Assembly (NCBI RefSeq): GCF_006345805.1
Contig: NC_043011.1
Location: forward strand, 48,992,464 to 49,056,463
Direction: 5' to 3'
Source: Octopus sinensis
Taxonomy: Eukaryota
Length of the DNA: 64,000 nt
This document shows, one piece after another, positions 1 through 11,520 of this stretch; the stretch's first letter is position 1, and every line of letters begins with the position of its first letter. The notes under the pieces are model-generated. The model had not been told where the DNA came from. It saw only the letters and a list, made by a program, of their open reading frames with translations, and made no database searches. The translations under genes were made by a program, and so were the position numbers.

Positions 1-84
1 TATATATATATATATAAAACAAAGTAAAGTTGTAAAGTATTGCATGAGTGGAAATATATATGAAAGAAGGTTTGAAAATGCCAT

Positions 85-222
85 TTTTGCTAGCTGAGTG
101 GACTGGAGCAACGTGAAATGAAGTGTCTTGCTCAACAACACAATGCATCAACCAGCCCAGGAATTGAAACCACAATCTTACGATCATGAGTCCCACACCT
201 TACCCACAAAGCCATGCTTTTC
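85..222 (-). mobile_element. SINE family D, 5' head plus CORE-like domain
   Basis: Reverse complement has a tRNA-like head, then gttgagcaagacacttcatttcacgttgctccagtccactcagc (CORE-like). Same family as 18971-19306. Confidence 0.75.
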
Positions 223-297
223 CAATCACATTTGTTGGCACTACTCTAATTCTATCTGGAGCACTCAGTAAACCATGTTCTTGAGAGGACACCTTAA

Positions 298-513
298 CCC
301 TTTAGTGTTCGCATTATTCTGCCAAAATTAATCCTTTTTATCCACATTGTTTGAACTAATCATGCATTATTTGAGCTTTGAGATTTTTGAGTGGGTAGCT
401 GTTAATTTTTAAACGATATTGTAGGGCTGGTGTGAGGACCAGATCAGGCAAGTTTGACATAAAACAGGCCAGAATACTTTTTGGCCGATATGGCCGGTTT
501 GAATGCTAAAGGG
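298..513. mobile_element. piggyBac-type MITE, family P1
   Basis: TTAA at 294-297 and 514-517. Termini ccctttagtgttc / gaatgctaaaggg are inverted repeats beginning CCC. Confidence 0.8.
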
Positions 514-849
514 TTAATTCTTACAGAAGATACGACCTCTTCCTTGTGATAATGCAATGATCACCAATACCATTTGCAAAGTCATTGATGCTTGGAAAGG
601 CATCCAATTAAAGAAGTGAAGCTGAAAAACAAGTTATTCAGAAGAGTAAGATATGGTCTCGAACCCATTTCAGAAAGTGCATGCTAGCATCTAAGTGGAC
701 TTAGAATTCTAATGATTTATGTATATGAACTTATATATATATATATATATAGATATCACATAAAACATTTATGATCATTTATGTAAATGCATAACTTAAT
801 ATTCTGTACATTTGGTGTGAGAGAGGAGAAAGAAGAAAGAGAGAGGAAG

Positions 850-874
850 GAAGATAAATAGATGTGTATGTATA

Positions 875-915
<41 letters not shown>

Positions 916-1203
916 ATATAGCTACAGATATAATATATATATATATATATCTATAGCTATATATATATATAGCTATATATATATATATAAATATACATAT
1001 ATATAATATATATAGCTTAGATATATATTTATATATGTATATATATAATATATAAATGTATATGTATATATTCTATATGTATATAGATGTGTGTGTATAG
1101 GTATACATATGCACATGCATAGATATATGTATATATATATATACATATATATATATGCATATATATACATATTTACATGTATACATACATACACACGCAC
1201 ACA
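850..1203. repeat. (TA)n/(CA)n microsatellite block
   Basis: Visible dinucleotide repeats. Confidence 0.95.
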
Positions 1204-1495
1204 CATTTAATGTCTTCCCATGCAGTTTGGAATCAATAATAAAAGAAACACAGTTATGGAAATATGGGAAGCATCCTGAAATATCGAAGTGTAATGTACA
1301 ATTACGAGTGAATTAATTCAAGTGAAATGTCCCAACCACATGACATTATGAAATTATTAAATTGTATTACAACCTATAAAGGGAAATTTGAAATTACATT
1401 ATATTTCCAGCACTTTCTCATTTATAATATTGTATGTAATTCTCTCCCATATGAAATGTGAGCAATTTCATTAGCTTTGAAACATATATAATGGT

Positions 1496-1575
1496 GCGGG
1501 CGTGGCTGTGTGGTTTAGAAGTTTCCCTCGCAGTGGTATGTTTCTGGGTTCAATCTCATTTGGTGGCAATTTGTG
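1496..1575 (+). mobile_element. SINE family A, degenerate 5' head only
   Basis: gcgggcgtggctgtgtggtttagaag...gggttcaatc resembles the family A tRNA-like head (A and B boxes). Confidence 0.6.
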
Positions 1576-1699
1576 TCGCAGTCGTATTTATTATTTGATA
1601 TTTATAATCAAATATGTCCAGACATGAATCCCAAGGATTTTGCCATCAGGTCCATCTTAGAGTCTTATGTTTCTGCTTATTCCTATTCAAATGTGTTAG

Positions 1700-1762
1700 A
1701 TCTGAAGAAAGCCAATCTGTCTTCACGGTTCATTGACCACCAGTTTGCAGGCCACGATCAAG
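1700..1762 (+). CDS. Candidate 63-nt internal exon (DLKKANLSSRFIDHQFAGHDQ), product unknown
   Basis: ttag acceptor after a T/C-rich tract, CAAG|gtaaga donor, one open frame only (phase 1-1), unique-looking sequence. Confidence 0.4.
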
Positions 1763-2029
1763 GTAAGAGGTGATCATTTGGAAATGTAATTACTGCAATG
1801 GATTGACAATTTACATTAGAATGTGCGTGCCAAATATCATTATCCTACTGTAAGTTTATTTTGAATATATTAAGAAATATCACTGGATAAATCTTTTTTG
1901 GGGGCTCCCTGTATATCACCTTTCTTTTGTTCTTCAGGCAGACAAGACTGAGACTGGTCTTAAAATGTTGTGGTTAAAATCTGCTTGCACATTAATTTCA
2001 TGAGCAGGCTGTTCTGCCAATTGAATCAA

Positions 2030-2730
2030 CTGAAGCATTCTTCACCATAACCAACCCTTCTTCATCGTAACCAGCCATTTTTCATTGTAATCTATCGTAA
2101 TTCACTGTAACCAACCATTCTTCACCATAAACAACCATTCTTCGCCATGACCAACCATTCACAGCTGTGACCAAACATTCTTCGCCTAAACCAACCATTC
2201 TTCGCTTTAACCAACCATTCTTCACTATAAACAACCATTCTTCAGCATAAACAACCATTCTTCACTCTAACCAAACATTCTTCACTCTAACCAACCATTC
2301 TCAGCCATGACCAAACATTCTTCGCCTAAACCAACCATTCTTCACCGTAATCAACCATTCTTCACCATAAACAACCATTCTTCACTGTAACCAACCATTC
2401 TTTGCCATAACCAGCCATTCTCCACCAAAACCAACCATTCTTCACCATAACCATTCTTCACCATAAACAACCATTCTTTGCCATAACATATCATTCTTTA
2501 GTATAACTAACCATTCTTCACTGCATCCAGCCATTCTTGGCTGTAACCAACCATTCTTCACAATAACCAACCATTCTCCACCAAAACCAACCATTCTTCA
2601 CCATAAACAACCATTCCTCACCATAAACAACCATTCTTTGCCATAACATACCATTCTTCACCGCGTCCAGTCATTCTTGGCTGTAACCACCCATTGCTCA
2701 CCGTAACCAACCATTCTTCGTCATAACCAG
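2030..2730. repeat. 20-bp minisatellite (accaaccattcttcaccata)n, about 35 units
   Basis: Units readable directly. Higher-order duplication of about 2410-2550 at about 2570-2710. Confidence 0.95.
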
Positions 2731-3099
2731 GAGAGCCTAGCCATATCATTTGGTTCATTTATGTGGGGGGCTTTTTTTATGTACGAATTCCACTCTCCTT
2801 TCAGAAATAGCTTATTAGTTTTAATATACATTCATTATTATTAATGTGGCACAATCATTCAAATGACAATAATATTTTAATAAACATATTTTTCGCATCA
2901 TACATTACAAAAGAAATATGTTTTGCAGCAATAAAGTATGAAGGACGAGATAGTGACAATTATTCTCAAAAGCCTTATTTGTAATGTTGGCAAAGTCAAT
3001 ATGTATTACAACAGCTTTATTAACAATGAATAAGGGAACAATATGAAATGCCAGTAGAGTTTGTGTGGCGCCAGAGGTGTCAGAAAAACCAACATGCAT

Positions 3100-3195
3100 A
3101 CTATGTATGTGTGTATATATATATATATGTGTGTATTAAATGATACATATATACTTATATGTATAAATATATATATATATATATATACATATGTA

Positions 3196-3236
<41 letters not shown>

Positions 3237-3454
3237 ATAACTTAAGTACTTAATTCAACTGAATCTTAATTATATCTAGATAGATATATAGATAGATATA
3301 CATATATTTATATATACATATATATATACATACATATATATACATATACATACATATACATACATATATATATACATATATATATATACATATATATATA
3401 CATACATATATATACATGCATATATCGATACATATATACATATATATGCACATA

Positions 3455-3509
<55 letters not shown>

Positions 3510-3543
3510 CATATATCTATACAAATATACATATATATGCCTA

Positions 3544-3583
<40 letters not shown>

Positions 3584-3627
3584 CATACACATATATACAT
3601 ATATCTATACAAATATACATATATATG

Positions 3628-3683
<56 letters not shown>

Positions 3684-3735
3684 CATACATATATATATAT
3701 ACATACATACACATTTATATATACATACGTACATA
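3100..3735. repeat. (TA)n/(TACA)n block with internal duplications
   Basis: Visible repeats. Confidence 0.95.
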
Positions 3736-4234
3736 ACTATGCAGATTTGTTTTATGGAATGTTTGCACAGTTTCATTTGCAATGTCATTCATATGACTAG
3801 AGTCCATTTTGACACAGAAGTACATAAATGTCAAATACAAAATATTTCCATTTGGCTTAGTGTGTATAGACAAAGTAAAGGGAAAAGAGGTCATACCTTT
3901 GAGTATATAAATTCATAATGTTCTTTTACAATGACTGAGATAACAAAAGATTTCCACTTGAGACAGCATTTTACATTTGCATGTCCTTTCAAATTAGAGA
4001 GATTACTGTCAAAATTTATATGCTTCACTTAAGATATTCTCAACATCTTCTTTTCCTTTGACCATTGACCAAAAGGTACTTTAATTTACCTTCTTAAAAT
4101 GAACCTAGGTTTTTTCTTTCTTCTTTTGTTCTTTTAAGACACTTTATAACAGCAATCATAGATTTATTCATGACTTAACTTCATAAATGCCTTCATTGGT
4201 CACTTTTAATCATGTGTCTACCTATGTATTATAC

Positions 4235-4400
4235 AGGTCTGGGCAAGATTTTTTCCTGGAAGATAGGCAGTTACCCATCCATGCAGTATTCTCTTGTGTA
4301 TGCCACTAATGTTTATCCAAGGCTGCTGACTTGGGCTGGAGCAACTTGGCACCGGTGATACTGCAAGTATTACAAGTTAAGGCACTGACCATCCACCCAG
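4235..4400 (-). mobile_element. SINE family D, degraded tail fragment
   Basis: caggtctgggcaagatt...ggaaga...cccatccatgc aligns by eye to 19020-19150. Confidence 0.55.
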
Positions 4401-4524
4401 ACACATCTTTGTATAAACTCCAAAAGGAGAAAAGGTAACATTAAATTTGCTAAAATTTGGACTCAAACGACACTGCTAATTTGCTGCCTTCTGAACTTCC
4501 TAAGTCTATTTTACTGATTATTTA

Positions 4525-4556
<32 letters not shown>

Positions 4557-4620
4557 TGCACATGCACTTACATATACATAGGTCCATACTTACATATATA
4601 TAGAAGGTGAAGATCCCACT

Positions 4621-4777
4621 TTTGTCATGAATGACCATGGGATTGCACCTAGAAAGTTCCCATCCAAGACACAAGTACAGGCAAGGTTCTTTATGGAAGA
4701 CCAGCATTCACTCATGCTGTTATCCATGCATAACAGCCTCCCATCTCTATGCCACCAATGTTGTCCAAGGGAAGGCA
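4621..4777 (-). mobile_element. SINE family D, 3' tail fragment
   Basis: gtcatgaatgaccatgggattgcacctagaaagtt...caagggaaggc. Confidence 0.8.
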
Positions 4778-4827
4778 TATATATATATATATATATATGT
4801 GTGGTGTGTGTGTGTGTGTGTCTATGC

Positions 4828-4869
<42 letters not shown>

Positions 4870-4889
4870 TTTCCTTTATTTTATTTTTT

Positions 4890-5290
4890 TATTTGTTTCA
4901 GTCATTTGACTGTGGTCATGTTGGCACACTGCCTTTAGTCGAACAAATCAACCCCAGGACTTATTTTTTTAAAGTCTAGTACTTATTCTATTGGTATCCT
5001 TTGGCAAACCGTTAAGTTACGGGGACATGGACACACCAGCATCGGTTGTCAATCAATGCTCGGGAACAAACATAGACACACAAACACAGACACACACACA
5101 TGCACACACACACATACATATATATATACGACAGGCTTCTTCCAGTTTCCGTCTACCAAATCCACTCACAAGGCTTTGGCCAGCCTGAGACTATAGTAGA
5201 AGACACTTTCCCAAGGTGTCATGTAGTAGGACTGAACCCAGAACCATATGGTTGGTAACCAAGCTACTTACCACACAGCCACTCCTGTGC
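4890..5290 (-). mobile_element. SINE family A, full length
   Basis: tRNA-like head, ttgggaaagtgtcttctactatag CORE-like motif, internal (TA/TG)n, conserved tail ending gactgaaacaa. Confidence 0.9.
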
Positions 5291-5301
5291 ATATATATAT
5301 A

Positions 5302-5868
5302 AGAGGGAGTCCAAAATTATTCACACTTTTGCCATAACATATCTGTATTATTGTCACACTGCCTCCAGCATATGTCTGCCTATTGTTGGTAGTATTGTGG
5401 TCATGTGATCAAAGTTTGAGTCTGATCTTGCCATTTTTCGTTCTGGCTCTACAGTGCAAGCATAGCTGCTTCATTAGCAATTTGCACCAAAGAAGAGCAA
5501 AGAGCAGTGACCCAATTTCTCTGGAAAAGGAGTGTACAATCAACAGTACAAGACATAGTGCTTTGCTGACCAATAAACTGAAGCTAGAAATTTGCACCAA
5601 ATGCCGAAACCTATTGTCAAAGAAAGATCTGTTGTCGCATGACAATGCACACCTACACCCGGCTGGTGAGGCCATTGAAACCGTTAACGAATTGGATTTT
5701 GAGGTGGTGGAACATCTCACCTACAGCCCAGATCTTACCCCTTCCGACTGTCATGTCTTTGGACTGCTCAAAGATTGTTTACGAGGTCATCGATTGCCTA
5801 AGGATGAAGATGTGAAGGGAGAGGTGCATAAATGGTTGAAAAAACAAGAGTGCATATAATTTTTGACT
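5302..5868 (+). mobile_element. Internally deleted mariner (DD34D-type) transposon
   Basis: TA then left TIR gagggagtccaaaattattcacac; right TIR remnant gtgcatataatttttgact. N-terminal (I)AASLAICTKEEQRAVTQFLW at 5462; C-terminal HDNAHLH and YSPDLTPSDCHVFGLLK in ORF 5383-5859. Confidence 0.85.
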
Positions 5869-5886
5869 ATATATATATATATATAT

Positions 5887-5925
<39 letters not shown>

Positions 5926-6019
5926 GGAGAAAGGGACAAATAGGTAGATAGATAGATAGATAGATAGATATATACCCATGCATATCAGCCTCGCCTCTCC
6001 ATGCCACTGATGTAGGCAT

Positions 6020-6129
6020 ATGTGTGTGTGTGTGTGTGTATGTGTGTAGATATATATATATATATATGTATGTATGGATGTATGCATATGTATATATATA
6101 TATGTATATATTATGTATGTGTGTGTGTG

Positions 6130-6172
<43 letters not shown>

Positions 6173-6222
6173 GTATGGATGTATGCATATGTATATATAT
6201 ATATATATATATTATGTATGTA

Positions 6223-6256
<34 letters not shown>
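6020..6256. repeat. (TG)n/(TA)n block, about 100-bp unit duplicated
   Basis: Visible repeats. Confidence 0.9.
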
Positions 6257-6916
6257 AAACCAAGAGTATTTGAAAAGATTAATCAAAAGTACATGCACAG
6301 ATTAAGAAAGAAATCTTTTTCCAAAAAGGTTAGTAGCATCATGATAAGGGATTAAGATTTTATACATTTTGTAAAAGATAATTTTTTTTTTTTAAATCCT
6401 CTATACACTTAAAAAGTGAATTAAGTAATTTTTGGAAAGACTTTTAACTACATATATACATATATATATATTATATATATATATATTATAATATTTTTGA
6501 TACCATATATTTAATGCAAGTGCTTTTTCTTAAATACTTTCAAGTGTATTTCATCCAGGGTAAGTTATTTTGAGATATTGTCTGTAAAAATTAACTGTAT
6601 ATCTGAAAACCAGCTGAAACGAATCACCCACAGGTGAATGAGAGCATTAGACATCGATATTTTGCTATCATTTTAGCTCATTGGTACTGTGTACTGGAAT
6701 ATTCCTCTAATTAGATTCAAATTACTGTCTGAGAAATATGCAAATAATGTAAAAAATCTATCTTCTGATGAGTAATAGTTCCACAGAAGTGAATTTTGCG
6801 TTAGAAGCAGTTCTGATAATGTAAGCATTATTGATGTCACACACTTAATTCATGTATTTTGTTTACATGCTTTCAGATAGTGGAATTTTATATATATATA
6901 TATACACTCACATATA

Positions 6917-7058
6917 CAGTCATAGCCAAAACTTTGGAACTTAGGTCTGAAAATTTGAATTTTTATATTAAATGCCATAAGTTATATTTGGTCAGAGCAT
7001 ATACTGGGCATAACAATTTTAATTTTTAAAAAGTGTTCCAAACTTTTGCCCACAGCTG
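6917..7058. mobile_element. Tc1-like MITE
   Basis: TA then cagtcatagccaaaactttggaac; right end gttccaaacttttgcccacagctg (imperfect TIR of about 25 bp). Confidence 0.65.
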
Positions 7059-7072
7059 TGTGTGTGTGTATG

Positions 7073-7105
<33 letters not shown>

Positions 7106-7143
7106 TCAAAATAAATACTTGTAAAGATGTTATTATTGTTATG

Positions 7144-7188
<45 letters not shown>

Positions 7189-7191
7189 TTA

Positions 7192-7536
7192 CGGAGATGT
7201 ACTTGCATAACAAGTGATTTGATCTGAGATCGTGTGCTGAAACGAAAACAATTGCAGCGTGGAAGGTGTTTGTAAACCCTTTAAGAAACACACAAAAGCC
7301 GTTCGATTCACTTCAACATTTAAGTTTAATTTGTCAAAATATTTTCTTCGCTAAAATCCGCGACCTGTTCACTGACAAAAATCCCCACGGATGCAGCACG
7401 GATTTTTGTCAGTGAACAGGTCGCGGATTTTAGCGACGAAAATATTTTGACAAATTAAACTTAAATGTTGAAGTGAATTGAACGGCTTTTGTGTGTTTCT
7501 TAAATGGCTTACAAACACCTTCCACGCTGCAATTGT
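7192..7536. mobile_element. Penelope-like pLTR in inverted (palindromic) arrangement
   Basis: Arms 7248-7384 and 7400-7536 are near-perfect reverse complements around a 15-nt spacer. Flanked on both sides by (ATT)n. Contains hammerhead-like motifs. Confidence 0.75.
7405..7454 (+). ncRNA. Minimal type I hammerhead ribozyme, G3-C8 variant
   Basis: Stem I tttgtca/tgacaaa; core GTGAACA plus one extra G; stem II gtcgc/gcgac; GAA; palindromic stem III AATATT; site UUU. Confidence 0.6.
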
Positions 7537-8016
7537 ATTATTATTATTATTATTGTCGGTAAATCTAAATAATTGATAGCCATTACATAAGTGGCAGCAT
7601 GTGATGTTAGCATTAAACAGCTATATAATAAATCCTTAATTATATTAGAGGGTACACGAAGCACCAGCCTGCTAGAGAGTGGGGGGGGGTATTTCCACTC
7701 TCTAGCAAGCTGGTGCTTCATATGCCCGGTAATTTAATTAAGAATTTATATATAAATATATACATGGACCACTGAGCTCAACACGTTTTTTTTTCATTCC
7801 CTCTCTGTTTATTTCCCACAGTTTGGAAAGTCTTACTGGCAAAAATTTGAAATTACTGTTGCTATTATATTTTCCAGTATACAAGTCAAATTTTTCAGAC
7901 CAAAATTTACTAGCAAAATAGGGTGGTCATCTTATATATTATGTACATTAAGATAACTTTGAAGAACCAAAAATCCCGTGTAAAATACATGATAGTGACG
8001 ATGTTTGGATGTTTAA

Positions 8017-8240
8017 CCCTTTTGATACCAACCCAGCTGAAACCATCTCTCTGGCTCTGTAGTGCAAATGTCTTGTTTTCATAAGTTTTGAATTAAAATC
8101 TTCCACCAAACCTTAGTCACAATTTATGTTCCTAACATCACCTTAATTATAACTAAGTTATTTTACTAAATTCTTTGTAATATTTAAAATCATTTGAAAG
8201 AAACACAGAGCATTTCAACAGAAATATGGTAACAAAAGGG
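8017..8240. mobile_element. piggyBac-type MITE, family P2, copy 1
   Basis: TTAA 8013-8016 and 8241-8244; ends cccttttgatacca / tggtaacaaaaggg. Confidence 0.85.
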
Positions 8241-8260
8241 TTAACAAATGATTAATTTAA

Positions 8261-8484
8261 CCCTTTCAATACCAACCCGGCTGAAACCAGCTCTCTGGCT
8301 CTGTAGTACAAATGTCTTGTTTTCATAAGTTTTTAATTAAAACCTTCCACCAAACCTTAGTCACAATTTATGTTCTTAACACTAGCTTAATGATAACTAA
8401 GTTATTTTACTAAATTCTTTGTTATATTTAAAATTAATTGAAAGCAACACAGAGCATCTCAAAATAAATATGTTTACGAAAAGA
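8261..8484. mobile_element. piggyBac-type MITE, family P2, copy 2
   Basis: TTAA 8257-8260 and 8485-8488; highly similar to copy 1, same orientation. Confidence 0.85.
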
Positions 8485-8502
8485 TTAATCTACAATTGAT
8501 GA

Positions 8503-9079
8503 CTGCCTTTGGTCATGAATGTCAATGAAATTGCATCTAGAAAGTTCCTCTCCAAGATGCGAGTGTGGGTGTGAAGGCGGCGAGGTGGCAGAACCGTTAG
8601 CACACCGGGCGAAACGCTTAGCGGTATTTCGTCTGCCACTACATTCTGAGTTCAAATTCCGCCAAGGTTGACTTTGCCTTTCATCCTTTAGGGGTCAATT
8701 AAGTAAGTACCAGTTACGCACTGGGGTCGATATAATCAACTTAATCTGTTTGTCTGTCCTTGTTTGTCCCCTCTGTGTAGCTCCTTGTGGGCAGTAAAGA
8801 AATAAGATGTGAGTGTAGGCAAGATTGTTTTGTGGAAGACCAGCAGTCACCCATGCATACCAGTCTCCCCTCATCACACCTCCAAGTTTGACTATGGGAA
8901 AAGCAAGAGCTGATACAGCTTGGTACCAGAGACAGAGCAACTCATTTTTACAGCCAAGTGAACTGGAGAAATGTAAAATAAAGTGACTTGCTCAAGAGCA
9001 CAACACACAGCTCAGTCCAGGACTCACAACCACATAGTTGTAATTCTGATGCTCTAACCACTAAGCCATGCACCTTCAC
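8503..9079 (-). mobile_element. SINE family D, interrupted by a family B SINE
   Basis: Tail 8503-8569 and 8820-8940, CORE-like part and head 8940-9079. Confidence 0.8.
8572..8803 (+). mobile_element. SINE family B (possible Meta-type central domain)
   Basis: ggcggcgaggtggcagaaccgttagc head; gactttgcctttcatccttt domain; 16-bp TSD-like repeat at 8554-8569 and 8804-8819. Confidence 0.85.
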
Positions 9080-10039
9080 AATGTTTAAACCACATGTTGT
9101 ACTATATACTATGATGACTAGTATGCCAGAAAATATGGTATTCGAAGAAGTACATATTTCACTATGAACCAGTGATGTACTGAGGAAGAATTAGTTTTAT
9201 TTGGTTTAACCCTTAGATGTTCTTTGAGCTTTCTTTACGTTTTTGAGATATACTGTATATTCATAACAAGTATTTCAAATAAAAACTAATAATAGGATGT
9301 GTTGAATGCTTATTTAGAAAAAAAAATTGTCGATTGCTTCAGGAACATTTAGGAAAGTATAATAAAGTTTGGTTGTAGATAGAAGGCAATAGTTCAAAGA
9401 TCATACCATAGAGCAAATTGACAGACAAAAATTTTACATTTTCGGTAAAGCTAAAACCAATTTCAGATTTTATGCTAGAATGTGTTTGGTATTGTTCAAA
9501 TGACTTATACCTCTAACTTGTGATGTCTTCTTAGTACACTGGCAATAAAGATAAACTTCTTGAGTGTCAAGAAATTTGTGAAATCATAATAGACATTATT
9601 GCCAAAAATATGACATTAAGTGAATCATAGAATCTAGTTGCAATGATGTAACGACTCTAAAGAATGACTAAAATTATTTCTTTTGCAATAATGATAATAA
9701 TTTTTTTTCTACTATAGCACAAGAAATTTTGCAGAGTAAGAGCTAGCAGATTACATCAGCCTCGATGCTCAAGTGAGCCTGGAAGGATGGAAGTCAAAGT
9801 CAAACTTAGCAGAATATGAACACAGAACGTAAAACCAAAACCAAAGTTCTCTACGCATTTTATGCCAGCTTGTCACCAATTTTTTTTTTTTTTTTAAATA
9901 ATAATACTGATGAAATCTCTTGATTTAAATCTTTATTGGAATCTTTAAGGAAATCTGATAAAATTTGTGTCACAATCTCTCAAAAACGATGGTTAACATA
10001 GGATGGCTATATCCTTAATTAAACGATAAACGTCACCCT

Positions 10040-10344
10040 TTTCAAGCCTAGCCAGGCTCATGGGCCCGGTTTCCCGGTTTCTGTGGCGTAGTGTTCCCCC
10101 CCCCCCGCCCCAGCTGGACAGGACGCCGGTCCATCGCAGCATTACTCAAGAAACAGGAACAGAGAGTGAAAGAAAGTTGTGGCGAAAGAGTACAACAGGG
10201 GTCACCACCACCCCCTGCTGGAGCCTCGTGGATCTTTTAGGTGTTTTCGCTCAATAAACACACACAACGCCCAGTCTGGGAATCGAAACTGCGATCCTCC
10301 GACCGCGAGTCCGCTGCCCTAACCACTGGGTCATTGTGCCTCCA
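10040..10344 (-). mobile_element. SINE family C head with tail J
   Basis: Head gtggaggcacaatgacccagtggttagggcagcggactcgcggtc; tail gaaaccgggaaaccgggcccatgagcc. Confidence 0.8.
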
Positions 10345-10461
10345 CATATCCTTAATTACTATAATTTAAATGACTATGATTATCATCCCTTCATCTATAT
10401 TCAAAAACGCAAATTCATAGCATTCTATATAAATCAAATGATGACATTTTACAAAATACCA

Positions 10462-10868
10462 ACAGTGGCAGTGTGGTAAGTAGCTTGCTAACCAACCACA
10501 TGGTTCTGGGTTCAGTCCCACTGCGTGGCATCTTGGGCAAGTGTCTTCAGCTATAGCCCCAGGCCGACCAATGCCTTGTGAGTGGATTTGGTTGACAGAA
10601 ACTGAAAGAAGCCTGTCGTATATATGTATATTTATATATGTATGTGTGTATGTTTGTGTGTCTGTGTTTGTTCCCCTAGCATTGCTTGACAACCGATGCT
10701 GGTGTGTTTACGTCCCTGTCACTTAGCGGTTCGGCAAAAAGAGACCGATAGAATAAGTACTGGGCTTACAAAAAGAATAAGTCCCAGGGTCGGGTTGCTC
10801 GACTAAAGGCGGTGCTCCAGCATGGCCACAGTCAAATGACTGAAACAAGTAAAAGAGTAAAAGAGTAG
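10462..10868 (+). mobile_element. SINE family A, full length
   Basis: Matches other family A copies end to end; tail aaacaagtaaaagagtaaaagag. Confidence 0.9.
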
Positions 10869-10924
10869 ATATTTTACTAATGTTTTATCTGATATATATT
10901 TAAGATAGATCTGTCCACTCAAAA

Positions 10925-11357
10925 GTACCTTGGATCGTAGGGCAACATGCCATGCTTGAGGAGACCCATTGAATCAAGTACATCAACATCAACATCAACA
11001 ATATCAAAATCAAATCAAATGGAAATTGTAGTTGAGCCCCGTGTCAGTAGCACGTAACAAGCACCATCTGAACGTGGCCAATGCCAGAGCCACTTTGACT
11101 GGCTACTGTAAAAAGCCCCATCCGATCGTGGTTGATGCCAGCTCCTCTGGCCCCTTGTGCTAGTGGCATGTAAAAAGCACCCACAACTACTACACTCTCG
11201 AAATGGTTGGAGTTAGGAAGGGCATCCAGCTGTAGAAAAACTGCCAGATCAGATTGGGGCCTGGTGCAGCCTCCTGGCTTCCCAGACCCCAGTCGAACCG
11301 TCCAATCCATGCCGGCATGGAAAACGGACGTTAAACGATAATGATGATGATGATGAT
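10925..11357 (+). mobile_element. Family E retroposed repeat with (GAT)n tail
   Basis: Ends aaacggacgttaaacgataatgatgatgat; contains ggcatgtaaaaagcacc and ggaagggcatccagctgtagaaa. Confidence 0.8.
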
Positions 11358-11520
11358 TTGAAAGACAATTATTGTATTCTGATGTATATTAGTTGTTCAA
11401 CCAGTATACGAGAGAACCTCTCTGTGCCAGTGATTGTACAAATGAATACAACTTTAGGTAGAAAGAGAACTTTCTGTAGTACTGGTGTGAGAATAAAATG
11501 CATCCAGTACATTTTATTGT

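Noticed and set aside
1700-1762. FAGHD resembles P450 I-helix, cytochrome b5-like or IPK HQVAGH motifs
   Set aside because: Only 4-5 residues match and the context does not; no gene name assigned.
6551-6566. Possible 15-nt microexon before gtaagt
   Set aside because: The acceptor is AAG with a modest tract; not distinguishable from chance.
6764-9930. CTGATGA at about 6765 and 9907
   Set aside because: No correctly placed GAAA, stem III or NUH.
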